DNA of 64,000 nucleotides from Deferribacterales bacterium (lineage in GTDB: Bacteria > Chrysiogenota > Deferribacteres > Deferribacterales > Geovibrionaceae): NCBI GenBank assembly GCA_050253075.1, contig JBFWJS010000002.1, positions 448,001-512,000 on the forward strand, given 5' to 3'. The notes beneath the pieces are model-generated. The model was given only the letters and a program-made list of their open reading frames with translations, did not search any database and had not been told where the DNA came from. This document shows positions 1 to 9,541 of the stretch, piece after piece. The translations under genes were made by a program, and so were the position numbers. Positions within the stretch are counted from its first letter, which is position 1, and each line of letters begins with the position of its first letter.

Positions 1-156
1 AAATTTATCCCTCCGTACAGACATATTCGAATATTCATATAAATGTTAAAGAAATAAATTTTTATGTAAACTTTATGTCGTCAATATGTAAACGTGATGC
101 TAACATATGTTTAAATTATTCATTATTTCTTATTATTCATTTGGAGGAAACCGCAT

Positions 157-1590
157 ATGGCAAAAACGATCGCCATTGAGCCGATCACCCGCATTGAAGG
201 TCACATGAAAGTGGAGACCCATGTGGAGGGTGACAGGATCACTGACGCCAAAATCAGTGGTCAGATGTATCGTGGATTTGAAAAGTTTCTTGAGGGGAGA
301 CACCCCGTAGACGCCGCAAGGATAGCACAGAGGGTCTGCGGTGTGTGCCACGAGGTGCACGGTGTCGCATCGATACTGGCACTTGAAGAGCTCTATAAAA
401 ATCCATCAACTAAAAACGGACATATCCTGAGAGACCTGATCCTCGGGATGCATTTGGTCACAGACCATTTTCTGCATTTCTACACCCTTTCCGTTCCCGA
501 CTATGTGGATTTCACAAAAATACTGGAATACAAGGGCACAGACACAAACATAAACACACTCAAAAATTGGGTCATTAAGACCAAACCTGAATTCGTTTTA
601 AAAAGAAATACCGGAAACTACATCTCAGACACAAACACGTGCCTGACGATGATCAATAATTACTTTCAGGCATTGAAAGTCCGCTCCAAAGGCGCATCGG
701 GCATGGCTCTCATAGGTGCGAAAGCTCCCTTCAGCCACGCAGTGCTCCCCGGCGGAGTGACGACAGACATCACACCGGACAGGCTGATGCAGTATTTCAA
801 TGTACTGGAAGAGGTCAAGAACTTTGCCATCAATCATTACATACCCGATGTTATCGAGCTGGCATCCAGATATCCTGAATATTTCAACATAGGCGTCAGC
901 TACGACAGCTTCTACGCCAATGAGACATTCAAGGCTCTGGGCGAGCCCGTTTTCAAGGGGGGCGTGGTGATGAACGGCAGTGACAGGTCGTTCTCTTTCG
1001 AAAATGTGAAAGAGTATTACGACTCCTCGTTTTACAACCCTTCGGGCGATCCTCAGCCCGGCAAATCAGGCGCATACAGCTGGACAAAGTCTCCACGCTA
1101 CAGCGGCGAGCCCGTAGAGGTGGGACCTCTCGCACGGATGATAGTGAACAAAGACCCGTACTTCCACCAGACTATGAAGAAGCTGGGCGGAAAGGTGCAG
1201 TCATCCACAATGGCACGTCACGTGGCCAGATCCGTAGAGTCGAGAAACATCATCGACCACCTGTATAAGCTGCTCGACGCATATGTCATAGGCGAGTCAA
1301 ACATCAATCAGGTCGACTTCGCACAGAAGGTGACAGGCACGGGCACAGGCTTCTCCATAGCTGCGAGGGGCGCACTGATACACCAGATAGAGGCGAGAGA
1401 AGGGAAGATCACAAGATACAATATGATCGTTCCGAGCACATGGAACTTCGGTCCTATGGCTCAGGGTAAGATAGGCGTGGCGGAAAAGGCGCTCGTAGGT
1501 ACACCGGTGAAATACAGCGGTGAAAACTCCATAGAGGCCGGACGTGTAATCCGAAGCTATGACCCGTGCACAGCCTGCTCTATTCATTAA
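157..1590 (+). CDS. [NiFe]-hydrogenase large subunit, no C-terminal extension
   Basis: N-terminal EPITRIEGH, L1 motif QRVCGVC, L2 motif RSYDPCTACSIH followed directly by TAA; GGAGG RBS upstream. Confidence 0.95.
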   Translation: MAKTIAIEPITRIEGHMKVETHVEGDRITDAKISGQMYRGFEKFLEGRHPVDAARIAQRVCGVCHEVHGVASILALEELYKNPSTKNGHILRDLILGMHLVTDHFLHFYTLSVPDYVDFTKILEYKGTDTNINTLKNWVIKTKPEFVLKRNTGNYISDTNTCLTMINNYFQALKVRSKGASGMALIGAKAPFSHAVLPGGVTTDITPDRLMQYFNVLEEVKNFAINHYIPDVIELASRYPEYFNIGVSYDSFYANETFKALGEPVFKGGVVMNGSDRSFSFENVKEYYDSSFYNPSGDPQPGKSGAYSWTKSPRYSGEPVEVGPLARMIVNKDPYFHQTMKKLGGKVQSSTMARHVARSVESRNIIDHLYKLLDAYVIGESNINQVDFAQKVTGTGTGFSIAARGALIHQIEAREGKITRYNMIVPSTWNFGPMAQGKIGVAEKALVGTPVKYSGENSIEAGRVIRSYDPCTACSIH

Positions 1591-1602
1591 AACGAGGGAA
1601 AA

Positions 1603-2559
1603 ATGTCTATAAACTTAAATAGAAGGGAGTTTCTCAAGCGGTGCAGGGATGTCTCCGTGCTGCTTTTCGGAAGCTCTGTTTTCACACCGGAGATAGCCGA
1701 AGGATTCACCAAGCTCTCCGAAGCGGAAAGACCGCAGGTAATTTTCATACAGTCCCAATGCTGTACAGGATGCAGTATATCTGCAACATACGGCAATGAA
1801 TCAGACTTCATAGACTTTATAACTAACCTGATAAGACTGCAGGTTCACCCGAACATATCTTTTGCTCAGGGCATCGACTACATGAGGCAGATAGAGGAAG
1901 TTTCAAACAGCGGTCCTTTCTATCTGGTCTGCGAAGGGTCTATCCCCGCAGGGATGAAGGAAGCGTGCGTATTCGGCGACGAACCGATGTATGACTATAT
2001 GCACAAGCTGATGAACAAGGCAGCGGCAATAATCTCATCCGGCACATGCGCCTGCTACGGCGGGATACCCGCATCGAACCAGAATGTCACCGGCGCTATC
2101 CCAATAGACGAATATATGAAACGCACAGGCGTGAACAAGCCTATGATAAAGATCCCCGGGTGCCCCATAAACCCCGACAGGCTGATGGGAACAGTGGCAT
2201 ACATCGTAGCAACGGGCAAGCTCCCCGAGCTGGTGGACGGCAAGCCGAAGAAATACTTCGGAGACCTGATACACAACCAGTGCGGACGCTATCAGGCCTT
2301 CAATCAGGGGATATACACCCAGGACTATGACAAGCAGAAGACAAACTGTCTGCTGAAAAACGGATGCCGAGGCCCCGTAACATACTCCGACTGCCCCACA
2401 AGGCGCTGGAACGGAAAGGTGAATGTGTGCATAGAGAGCAATACACCGTGCATCGGGTGCATACACGACGACTTCCCTTTCAACAGTCCGCTTTATCTTT
2501 CCGAAAGCTCGTTTGAGGACCTCTCATGGTCTGAGCTGAAAGAAAAGATGGAAAAATAA
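1603..2559 (+). CDS. [NiFe]-hydrogenase small subunit with twin-arginine (Tat) signal
   Basis: NRREFLK Tat motif; CTGC, EGSI, GTCAxYGGIP, PGCP proximal ligands; HNQC..CL..GCRGP..C..WN..C..PCIGC distal and medial ligands; no C-terminal TM helix. Confidence 0.95.
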   Translation: MSINLNRREFLKRCRDVSVLLFGSSVFTPEIAEGFTKLSEAERPQVIFIQSQCCTGCSISATYGNESDFIDFITNLIRLQVHPNISFAQGIDYMRQIEEVSNSGPFYLVCEGSIPAGMKEACVFGDEPMYDYMHKLMNKAAAIISSGTCACYGGIPASNQNVTGAIPIDEYMKRTGVNKPMIKIPGCPINPDRLMGTVAYIVATGKLPELVDGKPKKYFGDLIHNQCGRYQAFNQGIYTQDYDKQKTNCLLKNGCRGPVTYSDCPTRRWNGKVNVCIESNTPCIGCIHDDFPFNSPLYLSESSFEDLSWSELKEKMEK

Positions 2560-2574
2560 CATCGGGAGATACTA

Positions 2575-4143
2575 ATGAGACAATCTATCAAATTCAAGAT
2601 GGCTCTTTACACTATCATTCCGATGGTGGTCATAGCAGTCGTCTTCATCACTCTGGACACCAGAAAGAACAACCTTGTCCAGAGCTCTATGAATCAATAT
2701 ATGGGATATCTGAAAGATATGATATTCATGTCCACCTTCGACTCGCTGAAGAAGGGGAACATGACAGTATTCTCAGAACACCTGAAAGAAATAGGAAAGT
2801 ACGATCAGGTAAAGGAATTCTCTCTGATAGACCCGCAGGGACTCGTGCATTATTCATCCGACCCGTCTCTTGTGAAAAAGACAGAAGACCTGTCGCACAT
2901 AAACAAGAAAGGCCCGACGGTGATAAACGATCACGGCGAGCAGACATACTTTTACCCTGTGCAGACAACAGAATACTGCCTCCGCTGTCACAGAGAGTGG
3001 CAGGAGGGGACAATAAACTCATTCTATAAGGTGAAGCTGGACAGCTCTGCCATCGGCGCAGTGCGCAACATGTCGCTCTTCAACAACATACTGCTCGGAG
3101 TGGCAGTCATCATGGCTGTGGGCATAGTGATATTCACCCTGCAGAGGCTGGTATTTTCCAGGCTGGAACGTGCAAATGAGATACTCGACGACCTCTGCTC
3201 CGGCGAGGGCGACCTCACCATAAACCTGCCAGTGCGCAGAGCGGACGAGATAGGCACGCTGAGGATGCGCATCAACCAGTTCATCAACCACCTGCGTGAC
3301 ATGATAGGTCAGCTGAAAGAGCGTATCGCAGAGGTAGACGGAGAGATAGGACACATTCAGGGCTCTATGAGCACCATTAACGACGCAGTTCAGGAAAACG
3401 TGAACCACGTAATGTCCATATCGTCATCATCCGAGCAGGTATCCACGACGCTTAATGAAAACATCCAGAACCTGTCATATCTGAACGAAAGCGTGACAAA
3501 CAAGCGTGATTCCATCAGCGAATCCATGAAGAACGTCACCAGCATCACAAAGATGATAGGCGAGATGACGTCTACGGTAGACGTGCTTGCAAACACTGTG
3601 GGCGAGCTGGAAGCCAGATCGAACGACATCACAAACATCACGAGCCTCATCACCGAGATCGCAGACCAGACAAACCTGCTCGCTCTGAACGCAGCGATAG
3701 AAGCAGCCAGAGCAGGAGAAGCAGGACGTGGATTTGCAGTGGTGGCAGACGAGATACGTAAGCTGGCGGAGCGCACAGGCAAAGCCACAAACGACATCAA
3801 GTCCATCGTGAATGAGAATACGAAGACCATCCACAACTTTGTCTTAGAAATTGATAAGAACAAAGAACACGCCGAAGACATGAATCAGGGGATGGCAGAC
3901 CTTGAGAACTTCACCATCGAGGTAGACACCACTATGGAAGACATCTCGAACAACATCGGCACACTAAGCACTATGCTCACAGAGAGCATCAGCGCGCTGG
4001 AGCTGACACTGAACAACATCGAGATGGTGAACTCGAATATGACGCATACCGGACAGATATCGGGCGAGATATCCGACGTGTCTAAGACTCTTCAGGAAAA
4101 GAGCCGCATCATGAAAGAGATAGCGGACAAATTCAAAACCTGA
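2575..4143 (+). CDS. Methyl-accepting chemotaxis protein with periplasmic heme-c (CLRCH) sensor domain and HAMP
   Basis: Two TM segments flank a ~140-aa domain containing CLRCH (2977-2991); HAMP-like GDLT..DEIG; signature [40 protein letters not shown]. Confidence 0.95.
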   Translation: MRQSIKFKMALYTIIPMVVIAVVFITLDTRKNNLVQSSMNQYMGYLKDMIFMSTFDSLKKGNMTVFSEHLKEIGKYDQVKEFSLIDPQGLVHYSSDPSLVKKTEDLSHINKKGPTVINDHGEQTYFYPVQTTEYCLRCHREWQEGTINSFYKVKLDSSAIGAVRNMSLFNNILLGVAVIMAVGIVIFTLQRLVFSRLERANEILDDLCSGEGDLTINLPVRRADEIGTLRMRINQFINHLRDMIGQLKERIAEVDGEIGHIQGSMSTINDAVQENVNHVMSISSSSEQVSTTLNENIQNLSYLNESVTNKRDSISESMKNVTSITKMIGEMTSTVDVLANTVGELEARSNDITNITSLITEIADQTNLLALNAAIEAARAGEAGRGFAVVADEIRKLAERTGKATNDIKSIVNENTKTIHNFVLEIDKNKEHAEDMNQGMADLENFTIEVDTTMEDISNNIGTLSTMLTESISALELTLNNIEMVNSNMTHTGQISGEISDVSKTLQEKSRIMKEIADKFKT

Positions 4144-4162
4144 TATTTGCTTCTTAAATATT

Positions 4163-4194
4163 TCTCCCCGGGCTGTTTGTTCCGCTCGGGGAGA
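4163..4194 (+). terminator. GC-rich hairpin after the MCP gene, probable end of the hydrogenase-MCP transcript
   Basis: TCTCCCCGGGC...GCTCGGGGAGA inverted repeat; no strong U-tract. Confidence 0.5.
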
Positions 4195-4282
4195 TTCCCC
4201 AAAAATACCCTACACTTCCCTTGCAATCTGCACATATATAATATATCTTTCCCCAATCACGATTATTAAAAGGTGAAATAAT

Positions 4283-5287
4283 ATGAAAGTTTCCGTTATC
4301 GGTGCTACGGGATACACCGGCTATGAGCTGGTTAAGATACTGGCAAACCATCCCGTCTTTGAGATAGCCGCCCTAGTTAGTGAGACCTATGAAGGTAAGA
4401 TGTTCAGTGACGTATACCCACGCCTGCGAAACATCTGTGACGTCACTATCATAGGACGAGACTATGACAAGGTCGCCGATATGTCTGATGCTGTTTTCCT
4501 CTGTCTGCCCCACGCCGCAGCACAGGATGCCGCTGCGTTCTTCCACGGGAAAGGGCTGAAGGTCGTTGACTTCAGTGCAGATTTCAGACTGAAAGACAAG
4601 GAACTTTACGAATCTATATATAAGGTAGACCACAACTATCCAGATCTCATGGCGAGCGCCGTTTACGGACTGCCCGAGATATTCGAGGATGAGATAAAGA
4701 ATGCCACACTCGTTGCAAACCCGGGCTGCTACCCGACATCAGTGATAATGCCTCTCTACCCCCTGCTGAAAGACGGGCTGATAGAGCCGAAGGACATCAT
4801 CTCTGATTCTAAATCCGGCGTTTCAGGCGCAGGTAAAAAGGCGGACATAGCATTCTCCTTCTGCGAGCTGGACGAGAGCTTTAAGCCGTATGCGCTTTTC
4901 AAGCACAGGCACGCACCTGAGATAACACACATACTCGGCAGAAAAGGATGCAAGGCAGACGTGCTCTTCACACCGCACCTTATCCCTGCCATAAAAGGCA
5001 TCGAGTCCACAATATACTGTAAAACAAAGGCAGACATCAAAACTCTGTCTAACAGCCTTAAGACATTCTATAAGGACCGAAAGTTAGTTCGTATCTACGA
5101 CAACGGGCATATCCCGTCCACCGCCGATGTGAATGATACAAATTTCATAGACATCGCACTCTTTGTTCAGGGGGAGAGACTCATCATAGTCTCATGCATT
5201 GACAACCTGATCAAAGGCTCAAGCGGCATGGCTGTTCAGAACATGAACCTCATGTGCGGCTTGTCAGATACAACGGGTATTATATAA
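4283..5287 (+). CDS. argC: N-acetyl-gamma-glutamyl-phosphate reductase
   Basis: GATGYTG Rossmann motif, VANPGCYPT active site, DNLIKGSSG. Confidence 0.95.
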   Translation: MKVSVIGATGYTGYELVKILANHPVFEIAALVSETYEGKMFSDVYPRLRNICDVTIIGRDYDKVADMSDAVFLCLPHAAAQDAAAFFHGKGLKVVDFSADFRLKDKELYESIYKVDHNYPDLMASAVYGLPEIFEDEIKNATLVANPGCYPTSVIMPLYPLLKDGLIEPKDIISDSKSGVSGAGKKADIAFSFCELDESFKPYALFKHRHAPEITHILGRKGCKADVLFTPHLIPAIKGIESTIYCKTKADIKTLSNSLKTFYKDRKLVRIYDNGHIPSTADVNDTNFIDIALFVQGERLIIVSCIDNLIKGSSGMAVQNMNLMCGLSDTTGII

Positions 5288-5304
5288 TAATTAAGGATAA
5301 TAAA

Positions 5305-6504
5305 ATGGAAAAAATAAAAGGCGCAGGGGTTTGTACCCCTCTCGGATATACAGCAAGCTCTGTTGCTGCGGATGTGAAAGGTAAAGGAAAAGGCAATAAA
5401 GACCTCACACTCCTCTACTCTGAAGTTCCCTTCAAGCTGGCAGGTGTCTTCACTAAAAACACCATAAAGGCAGCACCTCTGAAACACGCTATGAAAGCAC
5501 TGGAGACCAACAAGGAATTCAGCGCAATCCTCGTAAACAGCGGAAACGCAAACGCAAGCACAGGCAAGAAAGGCGTCGAGGATGTCGAAGCCATAGTCAA
5601 GGCATACGAAGACGAGCTCGGCACTGGCGAAGGCTCCGTACTCATGAGCTCTACAGGTACTATAGGCGTTCCCCTCCCCGTTGATAAGATCATCGGCAAA
5701 GCTGGCGAGCTGATCGACGAACTGGACGATGCAAACGGACACGACTTTGCCAAAGCTATCATGACGACGGACACAGTGCCGAAGGAAGTCGGCGTGCTGA
5801 TCGAGACTCCGAACGGAGCATACATAGTGGCAGGAGCCGTAAAAGGCGCAGGCATGATAGCCCCGCACATGGCGACAATGCTCTGCTACATCACCACAGA
5901 CGCACTCGTTTCCGCAGAAAACCTGCAGACAGTGCTGAACAATGCCGTGGGCGAATCGTTCAACAGCATCACAGTGGATAATGACATGAGCACTAACGAC
6001 ACAGTTTTCCTCATGGCGAACGGTATGAGCGGCATCATCCCGGATATGGCAGTCTTTCAGGAAGCCGTAGATTACATCGCACTTGAGCTGGCTAAGATGA
6101 TCGTCAAAGACGGTGAAGGCGCAACAAAATTTGTCACTATAAAGGTCGAAGGTGCAGACACTCAGGCAGAAGCCGATAAATGCGCATTTGCCATAGCAAA
6201 CTCGCCTCTGGTGAAGACCATGTTTTACGGCGAAGACCCGAACTGGGGCAGACTGATAGCCACAGTGGGCGCTACTCAGGTGAAATGCATCGAGGAAAAG
6301 ATCGACATGAAGTTCGACGACCTGAACTATGTTAAAGACGGCATGATAATAGACTACGCTCTCGAGGCGCAGGCTGCGAAGATAATGCAGCAGGACGAGC
6401 TGATGATAACCATCAACCTGAACATGGGCGTGTTTGAAAAAACCGTATATACCTGTGACTTCAGCAAGGAATACGTCAGCATCAACGCCGACTACAGAAC
6501 CTAA
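5305..6504 (+). CDS. argJ: Ornithine acetyltransferase / N-acetylglutamate synthase
   Basis: NSGNANA, IMTTD, KGAGMIAPHMATML, DGEGATK motifs; start moved to ATG 5305 after an AAGGA RBS. Confidence 0.95.
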   Translation: MEKIKGAGVCTPLGYTASSVAADVKGKGKGNKDLTLLYSEVPFKLAGVFTKNTIKAAPLKHAMKALETNKEFSAILVNSGNANASTGKKGVEDVEAIVKAYEDELGTGEGSVLMSSTGTIGVPLPVDKIIGKAGELIDELDDANGHDFAKAIMTTDTVPKEVGVLIETPNGAYIVAGAVKGAGMIAPHMATMLCYITTDALVSAENLQTVLNNAVGESFNSITVDNDMSTNDTVFLMANGMSGIIPDMAVFQEAVDYIALELAKMIVKDGEGATKFVTIKVEGADTQAEADKCAFAIANSPLVKTMFYGEDPNWGRLIATVGATQVKCIEEKIDMKFDDLNYVKDGMIIDYALEAQAAKIMQQDELMITINLNMGVFEKTVYTCDFSKEYVSINADYRT

Positions 6505-6511
6505 CATCAAA

Positions 6512-6540
6512 AAGGCCGGGTAAAACACCCGGCCTTATTT
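6512..6540. terminator. Bidirectional intrinsic terminator between argJ and the convergent island
   Basis: AAGGCCGGGT-aaaac-ACCCGGCCTT flanked by A and T tracts. Confidence 0.8.
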
Positions 6541-7310
6541 TATACATCATCAATTTTTGTCAGAAAATTTGGATACTCCTCAATAGTTTCCGCTATCAGT
6601 TTCTCAACATCCGAAGCAGTCATGACTCCTATGAATCCTCTGCCGACACTTTTACGTTTATAATAGCCGGTCTTCGTTGCAAGCTCATCAAACTTTTCAA
6701 ATGCTGCGACGCTCCCCTCTATTTCGAATTTACGCACCCATATAGTACTCTTTCTGCGACTTTCTTTTCCGTCTTTTACGAGTACGCCTTCAAATGTTTT
6801 ATCAAAGCGGTAATAGACATTATTAAGCCGTTCTATATAGTGGATAAAAGTGGAACCGGCGTCAAAATTCAGATTACACACTTTTCCGCCGGCTTTGTAA
6901 AAACGGTCAAAGAACGAATCTTCTCCATAGGCGTTTTCAGGAACCTCTGCCGTCAGCTCATAAGCCATACGACCGATAGCTGCTACGGAAACATTTCCGT
7001 CTTCGGAGCGAAAAGATTCTGCCCTTTTTCTAATATATTCTGTAAAAATACCGCAGTCGGAGGGTGTATTATCGGGATCAAAAACTTTACCCCCTGAAAA
7101 TGAGTAAGTGAATGTCGGTACGACCAGTGTGCCTTCTTCTCCGATAACGTCTAAAATAGCTTCATACACCATACGGCATATATCATCCGATCCTTGAGCT
7201 CCTTCAGGTATGCCGAAAAAGCCTATATTGCTATGCGAAAAAAGGATATCGCCTTCGGCCACCCCGAGGTCTCTCAGCGCATTTGCAATATCTTCTTTCT
7301 TATAATGCAT
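6540..7310 (-). CDS. AAC(3)-family N-acyltransferase
   Basis: LGVxxGDILFSHS, GTLVVPTFTYSF, STFIHYIE motifs of the Antibiotic_NAT family. Confidence 0.85.
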   Translation of the reverse strand: MHYKKEDIANALRDLGVAEGDILFSHSNIGFFGIPEGAQGSDDICRMVYEAILDVIGEEGTLVVPTFTYSFSGGKVFDPDNTPSDCGIFTEYIRKRAESFRSEDGNVSVAAIGRMAYELTAEVPENAYGEDSFFDRFYKAGGKVCNLNFDAGSTFIHYIERLNNVYYRFDKTFEGVLVKDGKESRRKSTIWVRKFEIEGSVAAFEKFDELATKTGYYKRKSVGRGFIGVMTASDVEKLIAETIEEYPNFLTKIDDV

Positions 7311-7999
7311 TATTTGACTCCGGTGACGATGAACCAGTCAAGAACTTCACCGAAAAGATCGTCATAAATCCTTCCTATCTGGAGCTCTCTGAAATATTCC
7401 TCGAAATAGAACCTGATATATTCCTTTGTGTCAAAAAAGAAATGTACCTGTCCTTTTCTGATATCCTTATCTCTGCCTATCTGAAACAAATGATTTCCCA
7501 GTAGTTTGCAATCACTCTTTATCTTATGGTCGGGACCTGTGGTGCTGAGCAGAAGGCGTCCGCCCGGTTTCAGTACCCGCATATATTCCTGTATGCCTTT
7601 TATAACTCCCGCTTCATTCCCTTCATAGTGAAGGACATTCCATGAAAGCAGATAATCGAATGTATTATCATCGTATGGCAATTCCGTATTTTTCCCGACT
7701 CTTATATCTGTTCCCAGCCCCAGCCCTTCCAGCTTCTCACGAACACTGGCACATATATCTTCAGATATTTCGGTTCCGCTGACCTTCATGCCGAGAGTAT
7801 TCAGAAATACGGTATTATTCCCTATTCCACAGCCCACATCCAGAATACTCTTACCCTCTATCTGGGGTATCGTTCCATCTATGTAGTCACCTTTCAGCAT
7901 TCTGATTATGGTCTCAGACGGATGGCTGAGATTTGTGTTTGCTTCCTGGCCTCTCTTATAAAACGTATTCCAGTCGTTCACCATTCTATCTTTAGACAT
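7310..7999 (-). CDS. Class I SAM-dependent methyltransferase
   Basis: ILDVGCGIG motif I, LPYDDNTFD, RVLKPGG. Confidence 0.9.
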   Translation of the reverse strand: MSKDRMVNDWNTFYKRGQEANTNLSHPSETIIRMLKGDYIDGTIPQIEGKSILDVGCGIGNNTVFLNTLGMKVSGTEISEDICASVREKLEGLGLGTDIRVGKNTELPYDDNTFDYLLSWNVLHYEGNEAGVIKGIQEYMRVLKPGGRLLLSTTGPDHKIKSDCKLLGNHLFQIGRDKDIRKGQVHFFFDTKEYIRFYFEEYFRELQIGRIYDDLFGEVLDWFIVTGVK

Positions 8000-8002
8000 C
8001 CC

Positions 8003-8251
8003 TCACCCCTCTAAGTGTTTAGTTATTATCTCGGAAAGACCTGATACCGTAGCAAATTTTCTATCCTGAAAATCATCCTGAGTGAAAGTGATATCAAATT
8101 CCTTCTCTATCGCCTCTATCATAAAGATGACCTCCAGAGAATCGATGATATCTAGCTCGAAATAGTTAGCATTAAACATGTTTTCATCATCAGGGTTAAA
8201 TTTATCTTTTTTGCTGAACCAGTCTGTCAGCCATTGTTTTGTATCAGGCAT
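8003..8251 (-). CDS. Acyl carrier protein
   Basis: 82 aa, acidic, IIDSL phosphopantetheine serine motif, IEKEFDI. Confidence 0.85.
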   Translation of the reverse strand: MPDTKQWLTDWFSKKDKFNPDDENMFNANYFELDIIDSLEVIFMIEAIEKEFDITFTQDDFQDRKFATVSGLSEIITKHLEG

Positions 8252-8264
8252 AATATCTCCAAAC

Positions 8265-8921
8265 TTATTTCTCTATTATAAAGCATCTGGCGGGAGCACC
8301 GTCCCCTTCTTTCAGCTTTAGAGGTGCGGCTATAAGTGTACATTCGCCCTCTTTCGCTTCGGAAAGGTTTGCAAGGTATTCCAAAAGCAGACACTCATTT
8401 CCCAATAGTATTTTATGTATCTTCCCGTCATCCGGCGTACCTCTGCCGTCTTTGGGATTATCTGGCTGGGGAGTGTCCATCCCAAGCAGTTTTACGCCTC
8501 TGTCGAGCAGCAATTCAGCCGCTGCAGGGGTCAGGAAAGCGTGGTCTGTATAATATTTATTTGTCCCGATGTGCTTGTCCCATCCAAAGCGGATTATAAG
8601 TCTTTCGACTTTTTGGGGAATTCTATCCTTTATTTCATCAGCCGTTACGGGGTGGAATTCGGGCACATCAGACATATTCAGCAGAAAAGCATCGCCGACA
8701 AACCTCTCCGGTTCTATCTGCTCTATTGTTTTGCCCCCTTTGATGAAATGCCTGGGGGCATCCATATGCGTACCTGTATGGGTTCCAAATGTAACTTTTC
8801 TGGTTTCTCTATTCTCTATTCCGTGTCTTCCCATCTGGCTTATTTCTACGAAAACGTGCCATGGGGCGCTAAAAGTCTGCATTCCTTCTTCGATTAATAA
8901 TGTAACATCTATTACTTTCAT
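8265..8921 (-). CDS. Cyclase-family metal-dependent hydrolase (kynurenine formamidase-like)
   Basis: HTGTHMDAPRHF signature, GDGAPAR C-terminus. Confidence 0.9.
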   Translation of the reverse strand: MKVIDVTLLIEEGMQTFSAPWHVFVEISQMGRHGIENRETRKVTFGTHTGTHMDAPRHFIKGGKTIEQIEPERFVGDAFLLNMSDVPEFHPVTADEIKDRIPQKVERLIIRFGWDKHIGTNKYYTDHAFLTPAAAELLLDRGVKLLGMDTPQPDNPKDGRGTPDDGKIHKILLGNECLLLEYLANLSEAKEGECTLIAAPLKLKEGDGAPARCFIIEK

Positions 8922-8923
8922 AA

Positions 8924-9541
8924 TTACCTCTTAGGCATTATAAGCTCTATAGGTATCCCACCGGGAGACCTGAGCATCAGTATAGACAGCTCTTTGCCAT
9001 TTACTGTCAATACGAACGGTTCTGTAAAATCTACCGCTCCTCTCTCTCTAAGCTCCTCTGCATCCTGATTTATATCTGTGCTGATAAATGCTATGCAGGT
9101 AAAGCCAATATCGTCCAAATACATTTTATCTGAATTACCATTTATAAACTTCAGCCTGAATCCGACTCCGGAGAATCTGTTCTTATAAACTAGAGAATCA
9201 CCGGCATCTTCGCTAAACCCGTTTATATTTTTGAAAAAACTCAGCTCACCAGCCGCATCCTGAGTTTCTATTATGATGTAATCCTCTTTTATCTTTAGCT
9301 TTTCCGCTTCTGTCCTATGTTCAGCAGAGCGATGGTGTGTCACTTCCACGGGTATCCCAGCAACACCGTCTTTATAATAAGTAATGCTGTGGATATCACT
9401 ATATTCTCTGAGAAGATGTTTCTTCGCAGGCGAATTGAGCAATTCGTGGCATCTGAATATTGGTTCTTTCCCATTTAGAAAAGACGGAAGAGCCCCTTCA
9501 TCGTTTACCTCATATGCTATATGATCTACCGCAGCTATCAT
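8924..9541 (-). CDS. VOC/glyoxalase-fold protein
   Basis: DHIAY N-terminus, IAFISTDI and LRSPGGIPIELI C-terminal VOC-like pattern. Confidence 0.6.
   Translation of the reverse strand: MIAAVDHIAYEVNDEGALPSFLNGKEPIFRCHELLNSPAKKHLLREYSDIHSITYYKDGVAGIPVEVTHHRSAEHRTEAEKLKIKEDYIIIETQDAAGELSFFKNINGFSEDAGDSLVYKNRFSGVGFRLKFINGNSDKMYLDDIGFTCIAFISTDINQDAEELRERGAVDFTEPFVLTVNGKELSILMLRSPGGIPIELIMPKR

Noticed and set aside
1555..1590. Possible [NiFeSe] hydrogenase (selenocysteine in L2)
   Set aside because: Both L2 cysteines are TGC codons and the stop is TAA; no in-frame TGA.
5236..6528. Long antisense ORFs (430 aa here; also 33424-34284, 37609-38493, 50635-51435 and others)
   Set aside because: They are shadows of well-supported genes on the opposite strand and have no recognisable motifs.
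6540..7310. AAC(3) as an aminoglycoside resistance gene
   Set aside because: It is translationally coupled to a biosynthetic ACP/DUF4910/maf operon with no mobile-element context; a biosynthetic role is more likely.
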